This document shows positions 1-10,656 of a DNA stretch of 64,000 nucleotides, piece after piece (position 1 is the stretch's first letter; the number at the start of each line of letters is the position of its first letter). Position numbers and translations under genes: made by a program. The stretch covers positions 96,001 to 160,000 of the forward strand of contig CAVVLO010000002.1 of the NCBI GenBank assembly GCA_963749155.1. The letters are read 5' to 3'. The notes under the pieces are model-generated. The model was given only the letters and a program-made list of their open reading frames with translations. It was not told where the DNA came from and searched no databases. The stretch comes from an uncultured Armatimonadia bacterium. GTDB taxonomy: Bacteria; Armatimonadota; Zipacnadia; CAVVLO01.

Positions 1-1
1 T

Positions 2-1366
2 GAAGCTGCCCTTGCGCTGGCAGATTCTGCCGTGCCAGAGGCCAAGGCAGCCTTGCTCTTCCTGCTTGAGAATCCTGACTGGACCATTCGGCAAGCCGCC
101 TCTGAAGGCTTGCTTGCGAAGAATGCGCCCGAGATGGTCGCCAAATTGATTGACCAGCTTGCGAGTTTCCAGCCAGAGCGTCGCCAGTCCGCGGCGAGGA
201 TGCTTGGGCGGGCCAGGGCAACCTCGGCTGTGCCCAAATTGATACCTCTCACTAAAGATCAGAATGCCGAAGTGCGCGCCGCTGCCGCTCAGGCACTGGG
301 ACTTATCGGAGCGCCCGAAGCGTTGCCCGCACTGGTTGGCGCGCTCGATGACGAGTTCTACCCGACCCGGACCGAAGCTAGCGCCGCTATCACCAAACTT
401 GGGGTCGACAAGGCACTAGATTTGTTGCTTCCCAAGCTGAAGAGCAACAACCCCGACGTGCGCGAGATCACTGCGAGATCCCTGGCTCGCTCCGAGTCAG
501 CCAAGGCGATTCCCGCATTGAAGGCTGTCCTCACAGATGAAGATCCCTTCGTCGGGGCTGCCGCCGCTGCTGCTCTGGCCGAATTGAAAGCTACCGATGC
601 TGCGCCTCAGATAGCCCGCTTGCTTGACGATGACCATGCCGATGTTCGACTGACCGCGCTAGTGGCCCTGCGCGACCTGGCCGATCCCTCAGTGGCTCCC
701 CAGGTTCGCAAGTTGATTGAGCTGGACCCTGAAGAGAAGGGCGGCGAGAAAGACGGGCGCGTACGTTACTGGTGCGCCGAGGTGCTTGGCAAGCTGCAGG
801 ACGCTGAATCGAAGAAGGAACTTACCAACCTGCTCAAAGACAAGGACCACGGGGTCCGCATAGTTGCCGCAGGCGCCCTGGCGCAGCTTGGCGAGAAGCG
901 CGGTATGAAGTATCTGCACAAGGTAATGAAAGACAAGCAGGAGTGGATTGACATTCGGCGCATGGCCGCTGTGCGGCTTGCGCGTTTGGGTGAGGAGAAG
1001 CCTGTAACCTTCCTGCTCGAGCAAGTAGCCATCAACGGCTATCCCGATGTGGCTACCACAGCCAACTTCCTCAATGATATTGACGAGGAAGTAACCACCA
1101 AGGTCCAGGCTTACCTGACCGATCCGATGGGCATCCTGCGCGCTGCCGCCTTGAAGTCGCTGGCCATGCTGGAAGAGGACAAAGCAATACCCGACCTGAC
1201 CAAGGCTCTTGAAACCGACGGCCTGGAACGGGTGAGAATTTTCGCTGCTGAATCACTTGGCGACCTGGCAAGCCCAGAGTCGCGCGTTGCGCTCAATGCG
1301 GCGCTGACCAAGCAGCTTCCCGAGTCCGTTGCAGCCTCCGTGCGACTGCAACTCGCACGTTTCTAG
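2..1366 (+). CDS. HEAT/PBS-lyase repeat protein (5' end probably outside window)
   Basis: Many tandem repeats of type 'LxDxdxxVRxxAAxALGxLG'; the frame is open back to position 2. Confidence 0.85.
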   Translation, partial: EAALALADSAVPEAKAALLFLLENPDWTIRQAASEGLLAKNAPEMVAKLIDQLASFQPERRQSAARMLGRARATSAVPKLIPLTKDQNAEVRAAAAQALGLIGAPEALPALVGALDDEFYPTRTEASAAITKLGVDKALDLLLPKLKSNNPDVREITARSLARSESAKAIPALKAVLTDEDPFVGAAAAAALAELKATDAAPQIARLLDDDHADVRLTALVALRDLADPSVAPQVRKLIELDPEEKGGEKDGRVRYWCAEVLGKLQDAESKKELTNLLKDKDHGVRIVAAGALAQLGEKRGMKYLHKVMKDKQEWIDIRRMAAVRLARLGEEKPVTFLLEQVAINGYPDVATTANFLNDIDEEVTTKVQAYLTDPMGILRAAALKSLAMLEEDKAIPDLTKALETDGLERVRIFAAESLGDLASPESRVALNAALTKQLPESVAASVRLQLARF

Positions 1367-1377
1367 GCACGACCAAT

Positions 1378-2094
1378 ATGAATCCGACCGTTGAGCAACT
1401 GGCCGAGAACCGTTCGAGGGTACTCGCGCAGATTGAGGCGAGTTGTGTAAGGGCCGGTCGCAGCCCCGAATCTGTAAAACTCGTTGCCGTCTCGAAGACC
1501 TGGCCGGCGCAGGCTATCGCTAACGCGACTGCGGCCGGCCTTCGTGTTTTTGGCGAGAACTACATCCAGGAAGCAGTGGCGAAACTGGCTGAACTCGAAG
1601 GCGCCCTGCCAGAGGGAACCGAGTTTCACTATATCGGACATCTGCAACGCAACAAAGCGCGCCAGGCGGTTGGCCCTTTCGCCTTGCTCCACTCGGTAGA
1701 CAGTCTGCGGCTGGTAGAGACTTTGGACCGGCTGGGCAAAGAAACAGGCAAACCGGTTTCTGTGTTGCTCGAAGTAAGCCTGGCGGGAGAAGAAACCAAA
1801 CAGGGCTTCGAGCCAGAAGAACTCAGAGTTCTTGCGCCTTCGCTCGCGCATCTTGAAGGGGTGCATTGTCTCGGGCTGATGACGATGGCCCCCTTTGTAG
1901 CCGATCCCGAGATTGTTCGCCCAGTGTTTTCCGCTTGCCGGCGGTTGCTTGAAGAATTGGCCCCCTTTTGGGGAACGCAATTCACCGAGCTTTCAATGGG
2001 GATGAGCCAGGATTATCAGGTGGCCATCGAAGAGGGCGCTACTTTGGTGCGCGTAGGCACGGCCTTGTTCGGTCCACGCGACTACGCCCACTGA
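1378..2094 (+). CDS. yggS: Pyridoxal phosphate homeostasis protein (YggS/PLPBP)
   Basis: LVAVSKT (PLP lysine), FGENYIQE, HYIGHLQRNK, LSMGMSQDY, VRVGTALFG; adjacent to proC. Confidence 0.95.
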   Translation: MNPTVEQLAENRSRVLAQIEASCVRAGRSPESVKLVAVSKTWPAQAIANATAAGLRVFGENYIQEAVAKLAELEGALPEGTEFHYIGHLQRNKARQAVGPFALLHSVDSLRLVETLDRLGKETGKPVSVLLEVSLAGEETKQGFEPEELRVLAPSLAHLEGVHCLGLMTMAPFVADPEIVRPVFSACRRLLEELAPFWGTQFTELSMGMSQDYQVAIEEGATLVRVGTALFGPRDYAH

Positions 2095-2107
2095 GGAGAG
2101 AAGACTT

Positions 2108-2906
2108 ATGCGGTATAAGGCAGGCTTTCTGGGTACTGGCGCGATGGGAGGGGCTTTGGCCCGGGCTGTTTCCAAAGGCCTGGAGCCTGGGCAACTAGGC
2201 AGGTTTCGACCTGGCCAGACCTTTACTCGACAAAGTAGCCGCAGCTACTGGGCTGATCCCTCTTGACGACCCACTTGGACTTTCCGAAGCCGAGGTTGTC
2301 TTCCTGGCGGTCAAACCGCAGGTCTGGAAAGAGGCAGTCCAACCACTTTACGGCAAGCTTGGTGCTCAGCATCTGGTGGTGTCGCTGATGGCCGGAGTGC
2401 CTGCCTCCCAGTTGGCCCTTGCGCTGCCTGGCACCCGCCTCATCCGGTTGATGCCCAACAGCCCAGCTCTCGTAGGAGAAGGCGCAATCGCAGCCTCGGC
2501 TGGTCCTGGTTCAACCGCTGACGACCTGTTGCTTATGAAAGACCTGCTTGCGGACGCCGGTCTTGTTGTGGAGGTCGCCGAAAAACACATGGATGCTGTC
2601 ACCGGCCTCAGCGGTAGCGGCCCCGCCTATGTCTATATGGTAATCGAAGCGCTGGCCGATGGGGGCGTGCTTTGCGGCCTTGACCGCGCAACCAGCCTGA
2701 AGCTTGCGGCGCAGACAGTACTTGGCGCGGCCCGAATGGTGCTGGAGACAGGCGAGGAGCCTGCCGCACTAAAGGCCAAAGTCACCTCGCCCGGAGGCAC
2801 CACCATCGAGGGATTGGCTGTGCTGGAAGAATCGGCTGTCCGAAGCGCCTTTATGGAAGCCGTGCGGGCAGCTAAAGAACGCTCAGAGGAGCTTGGCCGC
2901 CAGTGA
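2108..2906 (+). CDS. proC: Pyrroline-5-carboxylate reductase (one frameshift near 2198)
   Basis: ATG 2108 after GAGGAG gives MRYKAGFLGTGAMGGALA (Rossmann); after a +1 shift the frame reads FLAVKPQ...RLMPNSP...SGSGPAY...VTSPGGTT. Confidence 0.9.
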
Positions 2907-3196
2907 GTGCCAGGATCACTATCAAAGCAGTGCCGCGCGCCTCGCGCAGTGAAGTTGTGGAGCGCCAGGCCGACGCCTGGAGAGTGCGTCTCAAAGCTCC
3001 CCCTGTCGAAGGCAAAGCCAACGAGGAACTGGTGAAGTTCCTCGCGAAAACATTAGGGGTGCCCGGTAGCTCCGTATCGCTGGTAGCTGGCCAGGCAAGC
3101 AAGTTGAAACTGGTGGATGTGGAAGGGCTGACTCAGGCCGAGGCCGAATCGCGCCTGGGGCTAGTGCTGGAAGGTAAAAAAGGAGCGAGCTTATGA
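2903..3196 (+). CDS. DUF167/YggU family protein
   Basis: KAVPRASRS, RLKAPPVEGKANEEL, GQASKLK; usual yggS-proC-yggU context. Confidence 0.9.
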   Translation: MSARITIKAVPRASRSEVVERQADAWRVRLKAPPVEGKANEELVKFLAKTLGVPGSSVSLVAGQASKLKLVDVEGLTQAEAESRLGLVLEGKKGASL

Positions 3197-4233
3197 AAGC
3201 CTCTCTGCTTACCGAAGTTGGCCAAGTCGTGTATTCCGATGTACCGAAGCCTGGTATCGAACAACCCGACCAGGTGCTTGTTGCGATCAAGGCCGTAGGC
3301 ATCTGTGGCTCGGATGTCCATTTCTGGGAATGGGGAAAGATTGGCGATTTCATCTGCAATTTCCCACTGATAATGGGGCACGAGGCAGCGGGGGTTGTTG
3401 TCGAGGTCGGTAGCGAAGTCACTGAACTGGCGCCTGGTGACCGAGTTGCCCTCGAGCCAGGCTTGCCCTGCCGGCGCTGCAAGCTATGCCGTATCGGTAT
3501 GTATAACCTCTGCCAAGATATGCGTTTTCTTTCGGCGCCGCCATATGATGGCTGTTTCTGTGAATATGTCGTATGGCCGCAAGACTATTGTTTCAAGCTG
3601 CCTGACAATATGACCTGCGAGGAAGGGGCAATGATGGAGCCCCTCAACGTAGGGCTGTATGGCGCCACCCGCGGGCCTGTTCAGGCAGGCGATACGGTAC
3701 TCGTAACAGGGGGCGGCCCGATTGGGCTGATGGCGCTTCAATCGGCCAAGGCTCTCGGCGCCGGGAAGCTTGTCGTTACCGATCCTGTCGAGGCGCGTCG
3801 TCAGTTTGCGTTGCAACTCGGCGCTACGGTCGCGCTCGATCCTGTCGCCGCCGATTTTGAAACCCGACTGCGCGCCGAAGTTGGCAAGCTGGGGGCAGAC
3901 GTCACGCTGGAATGTTCTGGCGCGGTGCCGGCTCTCCAGCAGGCTTGCTATTTCACTCGTCCCGGTGGCGCGCTGGTCTCAATCGGCGTCTTTGCCCAGA
4001 ATGAGTTCGAGTTACCCATCTGGCATATCCAGTCGCGCGAGATAGACTTCAAGGGCATATTCAGGTATCGCAACCTGTATCCAGCAGCGATTGCGCTCAC
4101 CGCCTCAGGTCAGATTGATGTGAAGTCTATGATCACCGCTCGCTACCCGCTGGAGCAACTTCAGGAAGCCCTGGGCTTCTCATCGCGCGAAAAAGGTTCG
4201 GCAATCAAGACAGTTATCACCGTCGGAGAGTGA
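3193..4233 (+). CDS. Zn-dependent polyol (sorbitol/xylitol-type) dehydrogenase
   Basis: GICGSDVH, MGHEAAG, CRRCKLCRIGMYNLC, GGGPIG, FRYRNLYP. Confidence 0.9.
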   Translation: MKASLLTEVGQVVYSDVPKPGIEQPDQVLVAIKAVGICGSDVHFWEWGKIGDFICNFPLIMGHEAAGVVVEVGSEVTELAPGDRVALEPGLPCRRCKLCRIGMYNLCQDMRFLSAPPYDGCFCEYVVWPQDYCFKLPDNMTCEEGAMMEPLNVGLYGATRGPVQAGDTVLVTGGGPIGLMALQSAKALGAGKLVVTDPVEARRQFALQLGATVALDPVAADFETRLRAEVGKLGADVTLECSGAVPALQQACYFTRPGGALVSIGVFAQNEFELPIWHIQSREIDFKGIFRYRNLYPAAIALTASGQIDVKSMITARYPLEQLQEALGFSSREKGSAIKTVITVGE

Positions 4234-4237
4234 CTTA

Positions 4238-4534
4238 ATGGGTGATTGGGGCACGACTCAACTCCTGGCGCTTGCGTTGATGTGGGTAATCATAATTATC
4301 ATTTTTTTCGCGGCCGTCTACTTTCCGCAGCGGAAACGGCTGCGCGCTCATGCGGATTTCCTGGCTTCGCTCAGGGCAGGCGACAAGATTGTTACAGCGG
4401 GAGGGCTTTACGGTACAATAATGGCTCTCCATATAGAGACCGTAGAGCTGGAGCTTACTGCCGGAGTCGTCATCAGGGTGGCCAAAGCTGCCATCCGCAG
4501 GCGTCAAGAAGCCCAGCCTGGCCCAGGCCAATAG
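4238..4534 (+). CDS. yajC: Preprotein translocase subunit YajC
   Basis: N-terminal TM, then PQRKR...LRAGDKIVTAGGLYGTI. Confidence 0.9.
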   Translation: MGDWGTTQLLALALMWVIIIIIFFAAVYFPQRKRLRAHADFLASLRAGDKIVTAGGLYGTIMALHIETVELELTAGVVIRVAKAAIRRRQEAQPGPGQ

Positions 4535-4550
4535 GAAAGAGGAGTCCAGT

Positions 4551-5069
4551 ATGCAGCAACTGCAAGCAGTATTAGGAGACTATACCGAGCTTATTGCGCT
4601 GGTTGCGCTTCTGCTCGCTTTGATTGCGCTTGCTTTGGCCAACTCGGCTGGCAGGCGCGGAACCCGCGCACTGGAACGCATAAGCCAGGTGGACAGGCAG
4701 GCCGGCGAGGCAGGCGTTGCTGCCTCAATACTGGAACATCAGGCCCGGATTGACCAACATGCCAGTCAGTTATCAGAACTATCAATCGCCCAACAAGAGA
4801 TGCGTCTTCAGGTGGCTGGCTGCGTGCAGCGGGTAGGTGTAGTGCGTTATGACGCTTTTGGAGATATGGGCGGCAAGCTTAGCTTCTCGGTAGCCTTCCT
4901 GGATGAGAAAGACAATGGTTGCGTGATGAGCGCTTTGGTTGGACGCGACCAGACTCGCGTATACGGCAAGCCACTTACCGGCGGGAATTCAGCTTTCGAC
5001 CTTTCAGAGGAAGAACGGCAGGCCATTAAAGAAGCCAGGTTGTCGACGAGTGCCCATGGCAAAGCCTGA
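4551..5069 (+). CDS. DUF4446 family membrane-anchored protein
   Basis: TM plus coiled coil, then [24 protein letters not shown]...RVYGKP...LSEEE. Confidence 0.8.
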   Translation: MQQLQAVLGDYTELIALVALLLALIALALANSAGRRGTRALERISQVDRQAGEAGVAASILEHQARIDQHASQLSELSIAQQEMRLQVAGCVQRVGVVRYDAFGDMGGKLSFSVAFLDEKDNGCVMSALVGRDQTRVYGKPLTGGNSAFDLSEEERQAIKEARLSTSAHGKA

Positions 5070-5517
5070 GGTATGCGTCCAGCTAGAGCGGTTGCCCCAT
5101 GCCGAAGGCTTACCCCTTCCCCGCTATATGACGCGCGGCTCCAGTGGTATGGATGTGGCGGCAGCAGTGGAAGAGCCCCTAACACTGATTCCAGGCGAAC
5201 GAGCCCTGGTTCCGACTGGCTTCAAGCTGGCAATACCTGAGGGTTTCGAGTGTCAGGTGCGACCTCGTAGCGGCCTGGCCTTCAAGCATGGAGTCACTTT
5301 GCTCAATACTCCTGGGACGATAGACAGCGACTACCGGGGAGAGTTGAAGATACTGCTCATCAACCACGGCCAGGAGCCTTTCACCCTCCAGCGCGGTGAC
5401 CGGATTGCCCAACTCGTGTTCGCAAGCGTAATCCAGGTGGAGCTATCCGAGGTAGCCTCGGTCGAGGAAACAGCACGCAACGGCGGCGGCTTCGGCCATA
5501 CGGGGTTGGCTGGTTAG
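5056..5517 (+). CDS. dut: dUTP diphosphatase
   Basis: [46 protein letters not shown] at 5056. Confidence 0.95.
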   Translation: MAKPEVCVQLERLPHAEGLPLPRYMTRGSSGMDVAAAVEEPLTLIPGERALVPTGFKLAIPEGFECQVRPRSGLAFKHGVTLLNTPGTIDSDYRGELKILLINHGQEPFTLQRGDRIAQLVFASVIQVELSEVASVEETARNGGGFGHTGLAG

Positions 5518-6278
5518 CGAGGCTTCCTTGCCAGAGCTATCATCCTGGGCGAGTCCAGTTCGAGCGAGGAAGAGTCATACCCCCCATAAAGGCTTTCAAG
5601 CTCCAGATCGGCTTCTGCAAGCAGCCAGCGCGTCTCCTGGGGATTGAATAACCTGACCGAGTGATAACGCTCCAGGCGCCCTTCAGGCCCGCTTGCCACA
5701 AGCTCTGACTCGATGCGCCCCTCCAGCGTGTTGAAACGTCTCTCCACTCCAGTAATCGTGCCATCGGCCATCTCGACCCATTGGCGCGCCTCGAAATCGG
5801 CAAGCACAGTATCTCGATTGAGCAAGTCCAGCACCAGCAGGCCACCTGGCTTCAGCACTCTGGCGAACTCACCGAGCGCGTCTATATGTTCTGCGTCCGT
5901 CTCGAAGTAACCAAAAGAGCTGAACATATTGAGTACCAGATCGAAATAGCCTGAAGCGACAGGCAACTCTCTTATATCAGCCTGGATTATGCGAAGGCTG
6001 GTATCCTCCCCCTCTGCCAGCTCGCAGGCCGCCTGGAGCATTGTCCGTGAGAAGTCCACGCCTGTGACTTCATAGCCAGCTTTGGCAAGTGAAAGCGAAT
6101 GGCGGCAGTGACCACAGCAGGCATCCAGCACGCGCCTGGCGCCCTCGCGTTCGAGCAGCTCTCTCAGGAAAGCCAGTTGAACGGCAGTGATGGTATCAGC
6201 GTAGTAAAAACCGTGGAAACGGAAGTAGTTCTCATCAAAGTAGTCCTCGTACCAGGGGCCAGGATCATCGGATGGCAT
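5514..6278 (-). CDS. Class I SAM-dependent methyltransferase
   Basis: [34 protein letters not shown]. Confidence 0.9.
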   Translation of the reverse strand: MPSDDPGPWYEDYFDENYFRFHGFYYADTITAVQLAFLRELLEREGARRVLDACCGHCRHSLSLAKAGYEVTGVDFSRTMLQAACELAEGEDTSLRIIQADIRELPVASGYFDLVLNMFSSFGYFETDAEHIDALGEFARVLKPGGLLVLDLLNRDTVLADFEARQWVEMADGTITGVERRFNTLEGRIESELVASGPEGRLERYHSVRLFNPQETRWLLAEADLELESLYGGYDSSSLELDSPRMIALARKPR

Positions 6279-6349
6279 GACTCACACTCCCTCGCACAGG
6301 ATGGAAGGTGGTGGAGGGGGGCCGGCTTTCCAGCCCCTCTCCTGGCTGG

Positions 6350-7408
6350 CTAGAGGCGCAGATCAATATCCTTGGGAAGGCTCGCGCAGTATTCGGCAAG
6401 CAGCTTGGCGGCGTTCTCCAGATCCTTCACCGAACAGACCTCGACCGGACTATGCATATAACGATTGGGGATGCTGACCAGGCCAGTTGCAACTCCAGCG
6501 CGAGTAAGCTGAATCGCATTGGCATCGGTGCCAGTGCCTCCGGGCGCGCCTTCAAACTGCACCGGCAGCTTGGCTTTGGTCGCTGAGGTTTTCAAACCCT
6601 CAAACACAAGTGGGCTGATATTGGCGCCACGCGAAAGCACTGGGCCCTTGCCCATCGAGATGTCACCGACCTTCTTCTTGTCGGCGCTGGGGTAGTCAGT
6701 GGCGAAAGTCACATCGACGGCCACGCCTATCTGGGGATCGAGCCCGTAAGCACTTGTGCGCGCGCCGCGCAGTCCAACTTCTTCCTGGACGGTCGCAACG
6801 GCGAAAACGGCAGCCTGAGGCTTCTTCTGGGCAAGCAAACGCAAGGCTTCAGCCACCACAAAAGAGCCAACCTTGTCGTCGAAACCCCGGCAACAGACGA
6901 GGTCATTGCGCATCTCTTCAAAGCCCCAGGTGTAGGTGACCGGATCGCCGATTGCTATTAGCTCTTCCGCTTCTTTCTTGTCCTTGGCGCCAATATCAAT
7001 CCACATATCGGTGAGTTTGGCGGCCTTGCCGCGCTCCTCAGGTGGGGTCAGATGGATAGCGGTCCGCCCAACCAGTCCCAGGACTGGACCTTTTTTGCCC
7101 TGTATCCAGACCCGTTGCGCAGTGGCCACTGCCGGGTCCACCCCGCCTATCTGATCGAAAAAGAGATAGCCGTTGTCGTCGATATACTTGACCATAAAGC
7201 CGACTTCGTCCATATGCCCGGCCAGCATAATACGCGGATAACCACCGGGATTGACCGCGGCGATGCAGTTGCCCATAACATCGCTCGTGACTTCATCTGC
7301 GAACTGCTCACAATAAGCCTTATAGACTGCGCGCGCGGGAGCTTCAAAACCGGATGGACTAGGAGCTTCTACTAGCGTTTTCAAGAATTCGAACGAGGCT
7401 TTCCTCAT
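6350..7408 (-). CDS. M42 family metallopeptidase (TET-like)
   Basis: AGHMDEVG, DDKVG, VQEEVGLRGA, VDVT, RYMHSPVE; ATG 7408 with GGAGG RBS. Confidence 0.92.
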   Translation of the reverse strand: MRKASFEFLKTLVEAPSPSGFEAPARAVYKAYCEQFADEVTSDVMGNCIAAVNPGGYPRIMLAGHMDEVGFMVKYIDDNGYLFFDQIGGVDPAVATAQRVWIQGKKGPVLGLVGRTAIHLTPPEERGKAAKLTDMWIDIGAKDKKEAEELIAIGDPVTYTWGFEEMRNDLVCCRGFDDKVGSFVVAEALRLLAQKKPQAAVFAVATVQEEVGLRGARTSAYGLDPQIGVAVDVTFATDYPSADKKKVGDISMGKGPVLSRGANISPLVFEGLKTSATKAKLPVQFEGAPGGTGTDANAIQLTRAGVATGLVSIPNRYMHSPVEVCSVKDLENAAKLLAEYCASLPKDIDLRL

Positions 7409-7462
7409 CAGATATAACCCTCCCAAGTGATTGCGGACATATTCCTGCGGGCAAGCATACCC

Positions 7463-8194
7463 TTAGACTTCAAACTCCGTCAAATAGCTGCCTTCTCCTG
7501 CCAGCGGTGCCTCGGCAATCCACTCGGCTCCAGGGCTGACAAGACCGCTACGACAGTTGACAGGGGCATTGCCATAGGCCTGGTTGGCTGTGGCTACGTA
7601 GACTCCAGCTGTTGCCGCCCTTGCCCTGACATTGCCTTCGTGAAACTCCTTCCAGAGCTGGTCTGTATATGAAGCCACGCTGTGGAATATAACTTTTGCC
7701 CCCAGCCTCGCCAGTTGGTAAACCAGCTTAAGGTCGAAGAGCGTCGTTCCCGAAGGATTACACCAGAAATCGTTGCAAATCAAACAGCCAAACGTTAGCC
7801 CTTTATGTTCAAAAACTCTCAGGTTGGGGCCAGGACGAAACTGCAGCGCATCTCCATCAGTCACAAGGATCTTCTCATGAGCGCCAAGATAGTTGCCCTG
7901 GTCATCCCAGACCCGCACCTGGTTGAAGCAGCCGTCTTCGCGCCACTCTCCAGCGCCGACACAGGCACATACACCTGCCTTACGGCAGGCTTCCGAGACT
8001 ACCTGATAGCCTGCTTCGGCCTCTTCCTGACTGAAGCGGTTATGGTAGCCTGTCAGAATCATCTCGGGAAAGACTACAAAGTCAGCCCTGGCCTCTCCAG
8101 CTTTCGCAATCCATCTGGCGATGCGACTGGCCTGTTCCCGGATGTCGTCACGTTGCTCCAGTTGGACACCCATCACCCGGTAAGTCTTGCTCAT
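7463..8194 (-). CDS. Carbon-nitrogen hydrolase (nitrilase superfamily)
   Basis: Catalytic triad motifs FPEM, HEK, LICND. Confidence 0.9.
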   Translation of the reverse strand: MSKTYRVMGVQLEQRDDIREQASRIARWIAKAGEARADFVVFPEMILTGYHNRFSQEEAEAGYQVVSEACRKAGVCACVGAGEWREDGCFNQVRVWDDQGNYLGAHEKILVTDGDALQFRPGPNLRVFEHKGLTFGCLICNDFWCNPSGTTLFDLKLVYQLARLGAKVIFHSVASYTDQLWKEFHEGNVRARAATAGVYVATANQAYGNAPVNCRSGLVSPGAEWIAEAPLAGEGSYLTEFEV

Positions 8195-8286
8195 CCTGCG
8201 ACCTCCCTGTCAGACTACCCAACAGTTCGCAGTAGAAGCAGGGCTTCCTGCGGCAGGGAGCGCGCTGTCACCGGGCGAATACAGAA

Positions 8287-10656
8287 GTGCCTTTAGGAGG
8301 ATGCCTGGTGGAAATCTTGAGATTCGCGCTTGGGCTTGGATTGCTTTGCCTGTTGATTGCCAGGTCAGCCTTGTCTCAGGAAGAGATGCCTCCTGAGCAT
8401 GTCTTCTGGTGCGAGGCTGAGCTCTTCGCGGGGGCAGGTTGGAACCCCACCGGCTTCCTGCCCGCCTCGGCCGGCGAATCGCTGATTGGCAACGCCAGCG
8501 CAGGCAAGCGCACCTTTAGGCTCGGGATCCCCCTCGAGCCGCCTTTTCACTTCTGGGTACGTGTTTACAACGCTACCGACCCGCGCCAGGTACTCGTCAC
8601 TGTTAACGACCGAGCCGGTATTGAACTTGGTAAAGGGCCTGATGGCTGGGAGTGGCACGACCTGGGCGAATTCGACACCTGCAATCTGACAGTAAGTCTG
8701 GAGGGCCTTGGGCAGCCGCCCTGGGATGCCATACTTGATACCTTCGCAGCCTCCAACTTGCCTGACTGGACACCCCCAGCTGAACAGCCGACAGGTTATT
8801 TCGGTTATGGAGAAAGCCAATTACAGCCTGATAAGGAAAATCAGGGCTTTATCGCGGTGGGTAATCTCTCAGTTGATGTGATCAGCTACTCTCCCCAAGG
8901 CTCCCATCCCGATCCTGCCTGGAAACCAACGCTGCCAGAGGCGGACTATCTGAGGAAGTGCTCCGAGTATGGCGTGCGCGCTTATGATGACTATATCGGC
9001 TGGCAGGTGATAGAGCCCGAGCCAGGCCAATTAGATTTCTCCTGGCATGATGCGATGAAGCAACGATTGAACGAAGCAGGGATGCAGTCTTCGGGCTACC
9101 CCTGGTTCCACGTTACGCCGACCTGGTTGCGTGATCCGGCGGCGCTTGAACCAATGCGCTGCAACGCTCATGGCGAGGCGACCAACCAGCCATCCATCTG
9201 GGATCCGCGGACCCTGGAGCAGTATGGAAGACTCTATCAAGAGGTCGCGGCTCACTGGGGAGACGAATTGGACTTCTGTTACGCCTGTCTGCTTGGGCCA
9301 TATGCCGAGGGCAATTTCCCCTTGCCTTACAGCAACTTTGTGGTAGACCTTGGTCACGCACATGAAGGTTACTGGTGTGGCGATCCCCTTGCAAAGCAGG
9401 CCTGGCACAACCAGCTGCGCAGCAAATATGGCACTGTGGAAAGCCTTAACTCCGCCTGGGGTACCGACTATGCATACTTCGGCGCAACAGGATTCCCAGA
9501 GGAGATTTCCTCAGGTACGGTGCTGAGTGCCGAACAGCGCTCAACACCCGAGGCCAGGTGTCAGTGGCTTGATTTTATCACCTGGTATTACGACTCTCTG
9601 GTGCAATTCTCGGCAGGCAGTGTTGCACTTGCTGCCCAGGCCTTTGGTGCGGACCGGACAGGCGCCAAACCAGGGGGTAACAGCGGCGGTATCAACCCGC
9701 TCTCCTGGGGCACCTACTGTCCACTCTTCGTGAAAGCTCTGGCGCCTTATCATGTCCGACTTCAATTTGCCGATTCGCAAGGCGGCTATTTTGCGGACAA
9801 GTGGATGACAACTTTGTGCAAGTTTAAGCAGGTAGAGTTCCACACAGAAGCCGCCGGATGGCTCGATCAGATCAGCTTCCTAAGGCGGTGTTTCTCGGAC
9901 GCCTCCTGTGGAGCCAGTGGCCTTTTCACTTACCAACTCAATCAACATCTCCCGGCAGCTCAGCGTTATGCTCACCTCTATACAGGCCAGGCCGGAGTAA
10001 CCGATGTCGCCTGTTTCCTTCCGACAACCTGGTATCTGCTTGGAGGGGACGTTAGTCAATCGATCATACTGGGCACAGCCCTGCGCGAGATTACCGATTT
10101 TGATGTCGCTGATGAGGTGCTTCTTGCCGAGGGACTCCTTGACCAATACCGAGTGTTGATTTTACTGCAGAGTGGGGTGCTTGGCGACGAAGCCCTCTCT
10201 ACCCTCGAGGAGTGGGTGAAGTGCGGCGGTCTGCTCATCTGGTGGTCAGGGGGAGAGCTTTCAGATGTCTCAGGTAGACCCGCAAGCTTGCTCAACCCCG
10301 TGCCAAGGCTCGAGGTGGCAGGCAAGTCCTGGCAAGAGCTTGCCAAGCTAGTTAGCACAACGACTTCGACTCAAATTGGGAAAGGCTGGGTGCTCCGGCT
10401 GCCTCCAGAGGCAGACCAGGAGGCTCTGGACGAAGTCACCAGGCTGGCTGTCTACCATTCGGATGCACTGCCAGGCGGTCCTCGGCCAGCGCCAGAACTA
10501 GATTCGTTGCGCGATGAAGTATGGGCGACACTCTTTGAGGACAAGGCCTTGTTCCTGAATCAGGGCGACAAGCCAAAGAGCGTCAGTTACTTCCTGGATG
10601 GCAAGCAATACCAGGTAGAACTGGTGCCTTATCGGCTGGTTGAAGTACCACGTTAG
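8287..10656 (+). CDS. Secreted glycoside hydrolase, GH42/GH14-like TIM barrel plus glutamine-amidotransferase-like C-terminal domain
   Basis: Signal peptide; WQVIEPEPGQLDFSWHD; KYGTVESLNSAWGTDY (GH42-like); YRVLIL...LEEWVKCGG. Start codon uncertain. Confidence 0.65.
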   Translation: MPLGGCLVEILRFALGLGLLCLLIARSALSQEEMPPEHVFWCEAELFAGAGWNPTGFLPASAGESLIGNASAGKRTFRLGIPLEPPFHFWVRVYNATDPRQVLVTVNDRAGIELGKGPDGWEWHDLGEFDTCNLTVSLEGLGQPPWDAILDTFAASNLPDWTPPAEQPTGYFGYGESQLQPDKENQGFIAVGNLSVDVISYSPQGSHPDPAWKPTLPEADYLRKCSEYGVRAYDDYIGWQVIEPEPGQLDFSWHDAMKQRLNEAGMQSSGYPWFHVTPTWLRDPAALEPMRCNAHGEATNQPSIWDPRTLEQYGRLYQEVAAHWGDELDFCYACLLGPYAEGNFPLPYSNFVVDLGHAHEGYWCGDPLAKQAWHNQLRSKYGTVESLNSAWGTDYAYFGATGFPEEISSGTVLSAEQRSTPEARCQWLDFITWYYDSLVQFSAGSVALAAQAFGADRTGAKPGGNSGGINPLSWGTYCPLFVKALAPYHVRLQFADSQGGYFADKWMTTLCKFKQVEFHTEAAGWLDQISFLRRCFSDASCGASGLFTYQLNQHLPAAQRYAHLYTGQAGVTDVACFLPTTWYLLGGDVSQSIILGTALREITDFDVADEVLLAEGLLDQYRVLILLQSGVLGDEALSTLEEWVKCGGLLIWWSGGELSDVSGRPASLLNPVPRLEVAGKSWQELAKLVSTTTSTQIGKGWVLRLPPEADQEALDEVTRLAVYHSDALPGGPRPAPELDSLRDEVWATLFEDKALFLNQGDKPKSVSYFLDGKQYQVELVPYRLVEVPR

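Noticed and set aside
6290..6349. Intrinsic terminator after the M42 peptidase
   Set aside because: A GC hairpin is present but has no U-tract, so it was not called
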